A DNA stretch of 64,000 nt from positions 32,001 to 96,000 of IMG/VR virus record IMGVR_UViG_3300032334_000315; one strand, given 5' to 3'. Numbering within the stretch: the stretch's first letter is position 1; each line of letters opens with the position of its first letter. Shown in pieces: positions 44,930 to 55,126 of this stretch. The translations under genes were made by a program, and so were the position numbers. The notes below the pieces were generated by a model. It did no database searches and was not told where the DNA came from. It saw only the letters and a program-made list of their open reading frames with translations. Origin of the DNA: a virus.

Positions 44930-46516
44930 TTAGTAAGTTCCGCCGTCTATGATTGCGTCAAGCTGAGCAAGACCGTAACCAGCGCCAGAGATGTTAACAG
45001 TAGATGTTGGTTCTACAGATAGGCCTGTATATACCTTGAACACGCCATCTGTAGCATCTCTGAAGAGACCAGCATACTTAGTGCCGCTTGATGTGTACAT
45101 GCCGTAGAAACCGGTGTCAACTGCGTCTGTTGAGTTATTAGCAGCCAACTTAATCATTGAGTCATCGACGTTTAGTGTCGATGATGAGATATAAGTAACT
45201 GCACCTTCAACTGTCAAGTCACCATCAATGATTGCAGAACCAGTAATACGAGTATTACCAGAAACAGCAAGATTGGTGCTGATTGTCATACGGCCTGTAT
45301 GAGCTAACAGACCAGATGTAGTTGGATTAGACTTAGTTGCATATGTCGCAACAGCATTCGCTACCTCAAGGTAGATATTCTGTCTTGGCATCGCATCCCA
45401 GTAAGCATTTGTACCGTTCGTGCGAAGAAGATAACCAGCTGATCCAAGCGAGTTATTAGCCTTAAGACCAGTGACGCTGGTGTTTCCAGAAACCTCAAGG
45501 TTTGTGCTGATAGTAGCACGTCCTGTATGCGCTAGAATTCCAGATGTTGTTGGATTAGAAGAACTAGCCTTTGTTGCAATATACGAGTTGGTGTTAGCCA
45601 ATACCGTATTGAATGTGGTTGTGCTTACCTTAGTGCCAATATAGCTGTTGGTATTAGCAAGAGCCGAATTGAAGGTAGTTGAATTGACCTTAGTTGCAAT
45701 GTAGGTATTGGTATTAGCAAGATCAAGTCTAGCCTGGCTCTTTGTCTGATACGTCACAGCCGCATTAGACATCTGAAGTCTGTCAGCAATCAATAAACGA
45801 AGCGCAGTGTTTGTGCCTGTTAGATTTGTATTAACAAGCGTGATACGCTGACCTTGCGTAGAAATATATGCATTAGTATTTGCGAGGTCGGTATTGTGTG
45901 TGGTTGTGTTAAGCTTAGTCGCAATATAGCTGTTGGTATTCGCAAGATGCTGACGCTCAACTAACGCATTCGCTGCAATATACGAATTGGTATTCGCAAG
46001 GTCAGTGTTATGTGTAGTTGTGCTTACTTTTGTGCCAATGTAGGTATTGGTATTAGCAAGTGCAGAGTTGAAAGTGGTACTGCTTACTTTAGTTGCAATG
46101 TAGCTGTTTGTGTTAGCAAGGGCCAGCTTGAAGGTAGTGTTACTTACCTTAGTTGCGATGTAGGCATTTGTGTTAGCAAGCTGTGACTTGATGTATGAGT
46201 TGGTATTAGCAAGCGCACTATTGAAGGTCGTAGAATTGACCTTAGTTGCGATGTACGAATTGGTATTCGCAAGAGCAGACTGGAATGTTGCATTGGAAGC
46301 TGCATAAGCTTTCGTAGCAAACTTAGCGTTAGCATTAGCTACCGTAATATATGCGCCAATGTTGAACGAAGCAGAACCACCGATTTCGAATACAGCAGAA
46401 CCATTCGATGTATAGATTTTCTTATCTACTAAGTTAACCGCTAGTTCGCCTGCATATAGACTACCTGGCGCTGAACCAGGCGTACTACTGCGTTTGATTT
46501 TGATAATTGAAGCCAT
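44930..46516 (-). CDS. Repetitive fibre protein (ANTNSYIATK repeats)
   Basis: IKIKRS..GELAVN N-terminus, ~11 ANTN repeats, C-terminal IDGGTY. Confidence 0.75.
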   Translation of the reverse strand: MASIIKIKRSSTPGSAPGSLYAGELAVNLVDKKIYTSNGSAVFEIGGSASFNIGAYITVANANAKFATKAYAASNATFQSALANTNSYIATKVNSTTFNSALANTNSYIKSQLANTNAYIATKVSNTTFKLALANTNSYIATKVSSTTFNSALANTNTYIGTKVSTTTHNTDLANTNSYIAANALVERQHLANTNSYIATKLNTTTHNTDLANTNAYISTQGQRITLVNTNLTGTNTALRLLIADRLQMSNAAVTYQTKSQARLDLANTNTYIATKVNSTTFNSALANTNSYIGTKVSTTTFNTVLANTNSYIATKASSSNPTTSGILAHTGRATISTNLEVSGNTSVTGLKANNSLGSAGYLLRTNGTNAYWDAMPRQNIYLEVANAVATYATKSNPTTSGLLAHTGRMTISTNLAVSGNTRITGSAIIDGDLTVEGAVTYISSSTLNVDDSMIKLAANNSTDAVDTGFYGMYTSSGTKYAGLFRDATDGVFKVYTGLSVEPTSTVNISGAGYGLAQLDAIIDGGTY

Positions 46517-46519
46517 TTC

Positions 46520-47212
46520 TTAATTCCTTTTTAGCTTTGAACCTTTTGATAAGCCGGTTCTGACTGGGGTTACAACGACGGGTTCCTCTTTAGGCTCTAA
46601 TATAGTTGTCTTTCGAACTCTGTCTGAAACGACACCAGTTGGTCTGGCACTTTTTCTAACCGGAGCTTTAACATTCTCAAGAATTTTATCTATAAGATCA
46701 TTATTGTGTTTGACACTTTTTGAGTTTTCAGCATGTATGATGCCTTTACGCCTATTTTTTTCAGCTTTTGCTAAATTATTGGCCATCAAATCAAAACCAG
46801 AACTAACTGTTGTGGTTTGCTCTGCGAGTACATCGCGCACCAAACCCTTACGTTTCTTGTTCTTTCTCGGATCATGCTCACCTTTAATGTCAAATCCAGT
46901 AACAATTTTTGCAGTCTTAGCCTTAGTACCCGTTGACCCTTTCTTATTGCTCAGAGTAGGACGTGGGCTTAGCATCATCAATTCATCTTTATATTGTCTA
47001 TTTATATCTTTGAGATTTTCAATCTCTGCTTCGTAGTCTTCCTTTAGGAACGCCACTTCATCCGCATGTTTGGTGTCTATCTTACTCATCTCATTTTCTA
47101 GATAAGCAACCTTGGTCTCAAGCATGACGATTGATGACATGAGATTGCTGATTTTATTCTGCTGTTGCTCAATATAAAGATTGAGTGTTTCCGATTCTTT
47201 ATCTGTTTCCAT
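46520..47212 (-). CDS. Hypothetical coiled-coil, Lys-rich protein
   Basis: N-terminal heptads, basic low-complexity C-terminus. Confidence 0.55.
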   Translation of the reverse strand: METDKESETLNLYIEQQQNKISNLMSSIVMLETKVAYLENEMSKIDTKHADEVAFLKEDYEAEIENLKDINRQYKDELMMLSPRPTLSNKKGSTGTKAKTAKIVTGFDIKGEHDPRKNKKRKGLVRDVLAEQTTTVSSGFDLMANNLAKAEKNRRKGIIHAENSKSVKHNNDLIDKILENVKAPVRKSARPTGVVSDRVRKTTILEPKEEPVVVTPVRTGLSKGSKLKRN

Positions 47213-47221
47213 GGCGCGCCT

Positions 47222-48208
47222 TTAAAAAGAACCTCCGTCTAGGTCGGTAAAAGCTGGTGTTCCGTTAGATGTTATTTGCATTACAGATCCGCTGCTACCG
47301 GTTATGAATCCTATCACAGAACTATTGGCTCCAAACATCACACCATTCTTAGTGAATGAAGATAGGCCTGTGCCACCATACTTTGTTCCTAATACAGTCT
47401 GCAAGACTAACTCTGATATGCTTGTCTTACCCGTGGTACTGGAAGACGTAACGATTGTCTGCGTCAGGTTGTTAGCTTGTGTGACTTGGAAAACACCAGC
47501 ACCTGAAACGCCAAGCGATACTCTACCAATATATATCGTATTTGAAGCCACATATAGGCTTTTGAAACGTCTTCCAGGAGAACCTAACGAATAAGTATTG
47601 TTAGCAGCTGGAATTATATCGCGAACTGATATGGTTGTCGCTACGGTATTTGATATTTTTGTTGCCAGCGCATTGTTTACGTTTGCAGCAAAATTGGCAT
47701 TGTTGCCCATTGCCATCGCGATTTCGCGAAGCGTATTTAATACCTCAGGAGCTGAGTTAACCAGCTGTGAAATTTGATTAGCCACATACAGACGAAGTGC
47801 GGTATTGTTGGCTGTAAATGTTAGTGTCTTATTACCACTAGACGTATTGCTAGTGGTAATCTTAATGCCTTGACCACCAATAATTTTAATCGTGTCTTCG
47901 CCTACGGCCACGAGAGCCGCTTGTCCCGGCACATTCCATGTTTTGAACGAACTGCCTAGACTGACCTTGACTGTATTATTACCCCAACTTGCAACAGAAA
48001 ATCCAGTGTCTTTATCAAAACGGATTGCTGATATACCAGAGAACGAATTGGTAATTGTGTTGGCGGTATTGATTTCACTGACAACGATACCGGTTACGAC
48101 ATTAGCAACCTTCTGGTCAACATATCTCTTAGTAGTCGCGTCCGTATTAGCGGTAGGCGTATCTAAGTTTCTGAATACTGTTGGTGTTGGAAACGAAAGT
48201 ACAGCCAT
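47222..48208 (-). CDS. Fibre-like virion protein
   Basis: DATTKRYVD, APEVLNTLREIA, IIPAANNTYSLGS, YGGTG, LDGGSF. Confidence 0.7.
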   Translation of the reverse strand: MAVLSFPTPTVFRNLDTPTANTDATTKRYVDQKVANVVTGIVVSEINTANTITNSFSGISAIRFDKDTGFSVASWGNNTVKVSLGSSFKTWNVPGQAALVAVGEDTIKIIGGQGIKITTSNTSSGNKTLTFTANNTALRLYVANQISQLVNSAPEVLNTLREIAMAMGNNANFAANVNNALATKISNTVATTISVRDIIPAANNTYSLGSPGRRFKSLYVASNTIYIGRVSLGVSGAGVFQVTQANNLTQTIVTSSSTTGKTSISELVLQTVLGTKYGGTGLSSFTKNGVMFGANSSVIGFITGSSGSVMQITSNGTPAFTDLDGGSF

Positions 48209-48211
48209 TTC

Positions 48212-49387
48212 TTATGTTACCACATATATTGTTGTTGCAGCGGAGAAGTTCGTGAAGCCATAAACATTATATGTATAACCAGAGATTGACTGGTTTGTGT
48301 AAGAAACAGTTGGCGTAAGCACAACGTCGCTTCCCAAGAAGATATATTTAAAAGTTCTAGCGGCAGAGGTTGGTGTTGCGATCCATGTATAATCAGCAGG
48401 AGTAGCAGTTGTCATTACAGTTTGACCTACAGCAAATGCTGAATTATTATGACTATCACTTGTTGAGATAGATGGGTTTGAACCCGATTGTGTGATTTTC
48501 CAGAACAGTGGATAGTACACGCTCGCTGGGCCGCGCGTGACTGTTCTATTAGCAGATGTTGCGGTACCAGCACCATTGAGACCAGTTCCGCTATAGTCTT
48601 GAGTGGATAGCGTATAGCTCAACGTGCTGTCTATTGCTGCGCTGGAACCAGCTGTTGAACCGCTAGTGGTTAGCGTTGCCGTGCCTCCTCCAGTATATGA
48701 TGTGGTACCAGCAACGCTTGAACCTGTGACAGCCAAAGACCAGTTGAATGCTTGACTTGTAAGCCAAAACTTAACTGGATTTGTTGCCCAATTTGCTGTG
48801 ATAGATGATACATTGAAAACAGTAGGTGCAGTGCCGGATAGAGTTGTGCCAGATCCAGTTCTTACCGAACGATTCGTCGTCAAGCTATATGTTATGGCCG
48901 TTGAGCTTCTTATCTGAATTGCGGATGAAAAATGTGTAGACGATAGTGTGTATGTTCCGCCTGTTCCAGAAAGACCAAGAGTGTTTCTTAGGAATGTTCC
49001 GCTTAGATTCGTAACACCAGCGATGTTGATATAGTCGCCGTCCTGTATATTAAACGTAGAATTTGTCAAACTAATAGTAAATACGATATTCTGTGTGTTC
49101 ACTGTACCATTAGCATAGTCGGTATATTGATTCTTGGTAGAACCGCCAGATGCCCATGTGTTTGTGAAAGAAGATGCTTCTGCGCCTAGCTTTTGAATCG
49201 TGAATACACCACCAGGAAACTGATTGTTTGCAGTCAACACAACAGACAACGAATCACCGGCAGTGATATTAGTCACTGTGCTGGTTATAAACGTGTTCCC
49301 AAGCGTGTTTACTTTACCAATGACCTCATTGATCTTGGTTCTCACATCTTTGAATTTTATGGAAGAGTTTGCAGTTGTGATGGCCAT
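48212..49387 (-). CDS. Ser/Thr-rich virion protein
   Basis: FKDVRTKINEVI N-terminus, beta-rich S/T body. Confidence 0.6.
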   Translation of the reverse strand: MAITTANSSIKFKDVRTKINEVIGKVNTLGNTFITSTVTNITAGDSLSVVLTANNQFPGGVFTIQKLGAEASSFTNTWASGGSTKNQYTDYANGTVNTQNIVFTISLTNSTFNIQDGDYINIAGVTNLSGTFLRNTLGLSGTGGTYTLSSTHFSSAIQIRSSTAITYSLTTNRSVRTGSGTTLSGTAPTVFNVSSITANWATNPVKFWLTSQAFNWSLAVTGSSVAGTTSYTGGGTATLTTSGSTAGSSAAIDSTLSYTLSTQDYSGTGLNGAGTATSANRTVTRGPASVYYPLFWKITQSGSNPSISTSDSHNNSAFAVGQTVMTTATPADYTWIATPTSAARTFKYIFLGSDVVLTPTVSYTNQSISGYTYNVYGFTNFSAATTIYVVT

Positions 49388-50520
49388 TATCCACCCAACG
49401 CTACTATACGAGCCTCTAGTGCTGATATTTGCGCCAACGCATTATTCAATGCCGTCGTTAAAATACCAACTGTGTTTGATGTAACAACACCGCCTGTGAC
49501 ATTGACGACAATCAAATCGTTTTCTCTTAGTTCACCAAGTGTTGTTGTTGATACAGTTGCTATGTTATTTGCTGCACCAGATGCTACTGTTCCTGCTTGC
49601 CACTTACGAGTTGTTGCGTTATAGACAAGGGCTTGGCCTTCGGTAGCTGTTTTCAAGCTTGCGTAGTCAACGTCATCCAACTTGTGTAGATTAACTTCAC
49701 CAGAACCAGGTGAGCGTGATATTCCCATCGTTGCTGAATATGCGATTCTTGATAAGCGATTTTCCGCAGCCGTCAAGAATACTTCTACTTGTCTTTTTAG
49801 TGGGGCTATATCGGGAGCAGGTCCAACTGGTCCTATAGGCCCAGCTTCACCCGTTAACCCCTGGGCGCCGTCTTTGCCAGGTAACCCTTGAGGGCCCCTC
49901 TCACCGGGACTGCCGGGATTACCGGGTCTTCCATCAGCACCTCTAGCTCCGTCGGCACCTCGTTCTCCGCGTTCACCAGCAACACCTGGGAGTCCTTGCT
50001 CTCCACGCTCTCCACGTTGACCAGCAACTCCTGGTTCTCCGCGCTCGCCTCGTTCTCCACGTTCTCCACGTTCTCCTCGCTCTCCAGGAATACCTGTAAT
50101 TCCTTGTTCGCCGCGGTTGCCTTTTTCGCCCTTTTCGCCATGCTCTCCCTTTTCTCCGCGTTCTCCGCGTTCTCCAATAGGACCCTGTATTCCTTCAGGA
50201 CCAGTTTCACCACGTTCTCCTTGGTCACCACGAAACCCGCGAGGGCCTGTTGGACCAATTTCTCCTTGTATGCCTTGCTGCCCTTGTAATCCTGGGACAA
50301 AATATTCTCTATGGAACTTATCTTCTATATGTTGGATAAGTTCTTCTCTAACTTGATTGGCTTCTGATTTCGCAAATTTTGAAGCGACAGATAGAATCTT
50401 TGCTTTCTCTAATTCGGTGTTGGAATTTTCCGCAACAAAGCGGCGGCGCAACTCGTCGGTTTCCGCTTTAGCAAACTTAGAAGCTATCGAAAGGATTTGT
50501 GCTTGCTCTAGTCCCTTCAT
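49387..50520 (-). CDS. Collagen-like protein
   Basis: ~50 consecutive Gly-X-Y triplets, GSGEVNLHKLDDVD, C-terminal coiled coil. Confidence 0.85.
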   Translation of the reverse strand: MKGLEQAQILSIASKFAKAETDELRRRFVAENSNTELEKAKILSVASKFAKSEANQVREELIQHIEDKFHREYFVPGLQGQQGIQGEIGPTGPRGFRGDQGERGETGPEGIQGPIGERGERGEKGEHGEKGEKGNRGEQGITGIPGERGERGERGERGERGEPGVAGQRGERGEQGLPGVAGERGERGADGARGADGRPGNPGSPGERGPQGLPGKDGAQGLTGEAGPIGPVGPAPDIAPLKRQVEVFLTAAENRLSRIAYSATMGISRSPGSGEVNLHKLDDVDYASLKTATEGQALVYNATTRKWQAGTVASGAANNIATVSTTTLGELRENDLIVVNVTGGVVTSNTVGILTTALNNALAQISALEARIVALGG

Positions 50521-50522
50521 CT

Positions 50523-52394
50523 CTATAGTGCATCCTTGATCTCTTCCATGTCCTCTATATCTTCTTTAGACACCTTTTCAATTGCGCGAGTCATATTCTC
50601 AATAAGGCGTTTATCTTCTTCGCTAAGAGGTTTTGGCACAAATGGTTCGTACTCTTCCTTCTTTACCGAAGCTTTCTTCTTAGTATCTCCAGAGACTTTG
50701 ATCTCTACCTTCTGTGTCTTAGGTGCAGCAGCCGCAGCAGGTTTTGCAACGGCCTTTGCTTTATCAGCTGGTCCATTCTTAGAACCTAATGCAGCAGCTT
50801 TAGCATCCAACTCTTTGCCTTTGATTTCCATGTCTTTCATGTCCATCTGTTGCTGAGTTTTCTGCATTTCTTGTTCGTGGTCTTGTTTCTGCATCTCTAG
50901 TTCATTGCCCATTGGATCCGGCTCAGAAGCAATCTGCTTGTCCATTTCTTCAATTTCTTCCTCAGTCTGACGAAGAACATGCTTGCGAATCCATTCAACC
51001 GAATAATACTTACCAACATATTGATCCACAACCTGTAGAGTTGCAAGACGTTGGTTAAGAACTTCCTGTTCCTTCATTTCAGAATAATAGTTGTCGCGTT
51101 GGAAATCATAGCGAATATCATTCTTCATTTCTTTCCACTCTTCACGGGTCATTACACCCTTGAGAACGAGCTGGATTTCTAGGAGATGGTCAAAGATGTG
51201 TGCAAATCTATGGCGCAGACGGTCAATGAATTTTGCGAACTTGATTTCATCGCGTGAGATTTCACCTTGACGACCCATAGAGAATGTGCCTTCTGGCTCA
51301 AGACGAGACACGGGAACAGAAAGGGCCTTGTATAGTTTCTTTTTGAAATACTCAACATCGTCCATCTGCCCAAGGTTTTCACCACCTGGCAGTGTAGTGA
51401 TTTCAGTACCACGGCCACCTTCACGACGCGGAAGCCAATAGTCTTCCAACATAGTCATGAACTTACGGGTATCTTGTACATCACCAGTTTCAGCATTATA
51501 GACAAGGCGGTTCTTATGACGAACCATCATATCACGAACATACTGCTCGGCTTTTGCCTTAGGCAAGTTACCAACGTCAATATAGAAAATACGACGCTCA
51601 GGTGCGCGAGCGAGACGATAGATAACTACCGCGTCTTCCAGCATACGCAACTGATTGACTGGCTTGATTGCCTTATGAAGATGGGAAAGAACCATACGAT
51701 TACGATGATCCATGATGCTACTGTGTGTGTAGCAGATGGAATCCTTAGCAATCTTTACGCCCTGTGTGGCTGTACCTGATTGAAGACCTGCTACATTGTA
51801 AAGGAAATATTCTTCATATGGTGGTACGATAAGCTTCGCATTGGTACCAACGATTGGTGTACGTTTGATTGGCTGACGGACTTTGCGAATGCGTCTTGGG
51901 TCAATATAGCGAAGCTCTTGGATACCTGCGCGGGGGTTCTTGATATCTACCATGATATGATAGAACATACGGCCATCAACGTACCAACGACGAAAAATGT
52001 CGTAAGCTAGATTGGAAAAATCCAATAGCTCAAGGACAGTTTTAAATTCTTCTTCAATTTTCTTTTTGATTGATGCTGGTTGTTTTAGATCATCCATATC
52101 CAGCGATACGGGTTCAGCATTATCATCTGTAATGATTGCTTCATTTACGATATCATCAATGGCTGCTTCTACTTCCGGATACAACGCCATTTCGCGATAG
52201 CGGGTTACTAGATCCGCTTCGCTTTTTGCAGTACCTTCGAAATCGACGTAAGTGCCGTAAGCACCGCCTGGCGCAACTTCAATTGCGCCATCGGTATTTG
52301 GTGGAGGGGCAAACGATGGTATCTGTTCGGCCTGTCTGACCTCAGATGTATCGTCCACCTTTCCAATACGGAATCCAAAAAGTTCAATCGCCAT
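50523..52394 (-). CDS. gp20: Portal protein
   Basis: WYVDGR, YIDPRRI, RAPERRIFYIDVGNLP, EDYWLPRREGGRGTEITTLPGG. Confidence 0.97.
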   Translation of the reverse strand: MAIELFGFRIGKVDDTSEVRQAEQIPSFAPPPNTDGAIEVAPGGAYGTYVDFEGTAKSEADLVTRYREMALYPEVEAAIDDIVNEAIITDDNAEPVSLDMDDLKQPASIKKKIEEEFKTVLELLDFSNLAYDIFRRWYVDGRMFYHIMVDIKNPRAGIQELRYIDPRRIRKVRQPIKRTPIVGTNAKLIVPPYEEYFLYNVAGLQSGTATQGVKIAKDSICYTHSSIMDHRNRMVLSHLHKAIKPVNQLRMLEDAVVIYRLARAPERRIFYIDVGNLPKAKAEQYVRDMMVRHKNRLVYNAETGDVQDTRKFMTMLEDYWLPRREGGRGTEITTLPGGENLGQMDDVEYFKKKLYKALSVPVSRLEPEGTFSMGRQGEISRDEIKFAKFIDRLRHRFAHIFDHLLEIQLVLKGVMTREEWKEMKNDIRYDFQRDNYYSEMKEQEVLNQRLATLQVVDQYVGKYYSVEWIRKHVLRQTEEEIEEMDKQIASEPDPMGNELEMQKQDHEQEMQKTQQQMDMKDMEIKGKELDAKAAALGSKNGPADKAKAVAKPAAAAAPKTQKVEIKVSGDTKKKASVKKEEYEPFVPKPLSEEDKRLIENMTRAIEKVSKEDIEDMEEIKDAL

Positions 52395-52443
52395 TTATTT
52401 TCCTTCAAGGTCTAATCAATTATATAGGAAAACTAAAGCGATC

Positions 52444-53052
52444 TTAATCGTCAATCAAGTTGCCGAGTAGGTCGGCTTCAACTGACCAGTAATCGTATGC
52501 GAACTCCACGGTAAATTCTTCAATCGCGTCTGTTGTTTCCCAGTTTAGATCAATGTTTGAAATGTTTAGAGGGAAGATGTTGTTAAAAGTATATATGCGT
52601 GTAGGAATAGCCGCATCACCAGCCGCTGTACCAGAACCATATACACCTGTCTTTGCGTAGTGGCGAACAGTAGCGCGTGAGCGATATGCTGCTTGACCAG
52701 ACTCAAAGATAAGACCAGGGTCACGAAGGTTATTTTCGTGGCTGTTAATTGCTGCTGACCAATCTTCGAACGCATGACGGATTGAGAAATCTTCGTCGTT
52801 CATAATAGTTACGGTCCAATTGTCAAATGTTCTGTTACCAGCCATCTTGACCTTGCGACCGAAATAGGGCACTTCAATTTGCCCTACTGTTGATTGTGGA
52901 ATCGACGAGGCTTTACAGACGAATCGAAACTGTGCTTCTGCTGTAGGATTTGCTAGTCCAGCTGGGAGTGTCAAGAACACCTCAAAAAGAGATGCCCTTG
53001 CGCCACCGTATGGAAGTCCTAGAGAAGCGAAAGTTGTTACATTAAAGGGCAT
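52444..53052 (-). CDS. gp19: Tail tube protein
   Basis: GGARASLFEV, YFGRKVKMAGNRTF, IEEFTVEFAYDYW. Confidence 0.95.
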   Translation of the reverse strand: MPFNVTTFASLGLPYGGARASLFEVFLTLPAGLANPTAEAQFRFVCKASSIPQSTVGQIEVPYFGRKVKMAGNRTFDNWTVTIMNDEDFSIRHAFEDWSAAINSHENNLRDPGLIFESGQAAYRSRATVRHYAKTGVYGSGTAAGDAAIPTRIYTFNNIFPLNISNIDLNWETTDAIEEFTVEFAYDYWSVEADLLGNLIDD

Positions 53053-53095
53053 ATTATTTGTCTCCCTACCTTTTCTCTTTATTTATTCGCCAAAA

Positions 53096-55051
53096 TTAGA
53101 ACTTTCCTACCACTTCAGTGAAATCTACGCCTGTGCGTACAGCCACGAAGTTAAGCTGGATAAAGTTAATTGAACGAGCTGGCTTAATGTAGATATCACC
53201 AATGAACTCGTTACGGTCGATAACTTCGCCTGTGTTGTTTGTTTCGTCGCAAACTACACGGAAGTCTGTGATACCACGACGACCCTGAACGTCACGAAGG
53301 AAAGGTTCTACCATGGCCTTGAACTGTGCGCGTGTGAATGCATCGTTAAATTCAAACAATGTGAACTTAGCCGCAGTTGCGATTGCCTTTTCAAGCACAA
53401 TGAATAGGCGACGAACATTGATACGATCAAAAGCTGATGGCTTAGAAAGCAATGTCTTGTCACCGAATAGGATTGTACCCTGACCCGGGAATGTCACAAT
53501 TGGATTGATGCCATTCTTGTATAGTTGGTCACGATCGGCCTTACCTGGATTGTAGGACATCTTGATAACATTCTTGATGCCTCCACGGTTATAACCGGCT
53601 GGTGACCACCAAGGATCGCGATCATTGTCTGTACGAACCATTAGACCAGCGGTATCACCATTCGAAGGAATGTAGCGATACAAGTCGTTATACTTATCGT
53701 ATTGATACTTCCAACCGGAATCCATAATTGCATATGAAGTTGAAGGTAGAAGATTACGATACGCAATAATGTCGTTCTGTTCTTTACCAGAATAGCTATT
53801 GTTGTTTACGCAATCGCTATAACGAGGAGAAAATATAGCTACGCAATCCTTACGATATTCAACAATGTTATTGATGATGTGAATGGCACGTGTCTGAGTG
53901 GATGCACCAGAAATAAGTAGTGAAACATCAACATCTTCGGCATTACGGAAAAGATTATATCCATTAATATAATCTGCTTCGCGCGGCTGAGAACCATCGC
54001 GACCTTTACCTAGTGACGCATTCTGTGGACGAGAAGCCGCACTTCCTGTAGTATTGTTAAAATTGATAGATGATGCAATCTTAAAGCCAGTTCTAAATCC
54101 ATTAGGATGACCAGACCACCAAAGCCATCTAGAATTCTGATTGATATAGTCTTTATAGTAGATATTTGTGCCGTTTTCGCTACGAGCATCAATGGCCTTT
54201 GATAGGCCTTCGTGAATTTCAAGAACTGTATTGGCAAATCCACTAATACCACCATCCTCGTCAGCTATAACGATATGCATTTCGTCGTTAGTTGCGCCGT
54301 GGCGAGAAGCATCAGCGGATGTTCCTGGTGAATTGCTGACTCTGTTATAGAATTCCCAACGACGCACAACTGATGACTGCGTAATATTGTTGCCAATATA
54401 ACGATCTTTTAGTGTGATGGTTTTACCAGCTGCGTTAAGACCGGATACTACCACTTCAATTTTATCGGGGCCCGCAAGAAGAATATCGCCTGGTGTCAAC
54501 ACCAAAGCTTGGTTAGCTGATGCTGTTGCTGTTGTTGAACCGTTAGCAAAAGCAATTGTACCAGAAAGTGTTGACTGGTATGCGTTTGCAGATCCACACA
54601 TAGAAACTCTGATGTTGTTGCCTATAACACCGGGATACTTAGCAATCCAACCACCAGTTGATGCAACGCCGGTAGAATAATTTAGCCCGTAGTCTTCTTC
54701 ATTCTTGATGATGACGTTTGTATTGTTATTTGCGTTAGCATGTGCATTTCTTGCAACTGTAGTATCGGATGAGCGGGTTGATGCGTTTGCATCACGAACC
54801 ACGCGAGTTACATACAATGCATTGCCATAAGACAAAAAGTTTGCTGCTGTGAAGAAATCTACCGCTGTGTTTGAACCAGGCTTAGTAAAATTAGCAACAA
54901 GCGTATTTTCCGAGTCTGTAAGAACACGAATGCCTATTGGACCCCAAGAAAAGTGTCCCGCAAATGCTCCTGTTGTACTGCTGACTGCCGGAATAATCGT
55001 AGTAAGATCAATCTCACTTACGTTAACTCCGGGAGAGATTTGAAATGGCAT
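53096..55051 (-). CDS. gp18: Tail sheath protein
   Basis: SPGVNVSEIDLT, WWSPAG, FDRINVRRLF, KPARSINFIQLNF; late promoter 55104-55111. Confidence 0.97.
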   Translation of the reverse strand: MPFQISPGVNVSEIDLTTIIPAVSSTTGAFAGHFSWGPIGIRVLTDSENTLVANFTKPGSNTAVDFFTAANFLSYGNALYVTRVVRDANASTRSSDTTVARNAHANANNNTNVIIKNEEDYGLNYSTGVASTGGWIAKYPGVIGNNIRVSMCGSANAYQSTLSGTIAFANGSTTATASANQALVLTPGDILLAGPDKIEVVVSGLNAAGKTITLKDRYIGNNITQSSVVRRWEFYNRVSNSPGTSADASRHGATNDEMHIVIADEDGGISGFANTVLEIHEGLSKAIDARSENGTNIYYKDYINQNSRWLWWSGHPNGFRTGFKIASSINFNNTTGSAASRPQNASLGKGRDGSQPREADYINGYNLFRNAEDVDVSLLISGASTQTRAIHIINNIVEYRKDCVAIFSPRYSDCVNNNSYSGKEQNDIIAYRNLLPSTSYAIMDSGWKYQYDKYNDLYRYIPSNGDTAGLMVRTDNDRDPWWSPAGYNRGGIKNVIKMSYNPGKADRDQLYKNGINPIVTFPGQGTILFGDKTLLSKPSAFDRINVRRLFIVLEKAIATAAKFTLFEFNDAFTRAQFKAMVEPFLRDVQGRRGITDFRVVCDETNNTGEVIDRNEFIGDIYIKPARSINFIQLNFVAVRTGVDFTEVVGKF

Positions 55052-55126
55052 AGACTTATCTCCTCTATAGACGAAGGTATTCTTCGATTTATTCTTGTTC
55101 TTTTATTTATAAAAACGAGGCTTTTG

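Noticed and set aside
40900-46330. Possible CRISPR array or non-coding repeat array
   Set aside because: Repeats are in-frame coding units with synonymous variation and no unique spacers; no cas genes.
44220-46516. Diversity-generating retroelement suggested by Mtd-N-like N-termini
   Set aside because: No reverse transcriptase or adenine-specific TR/VR pair in the window.
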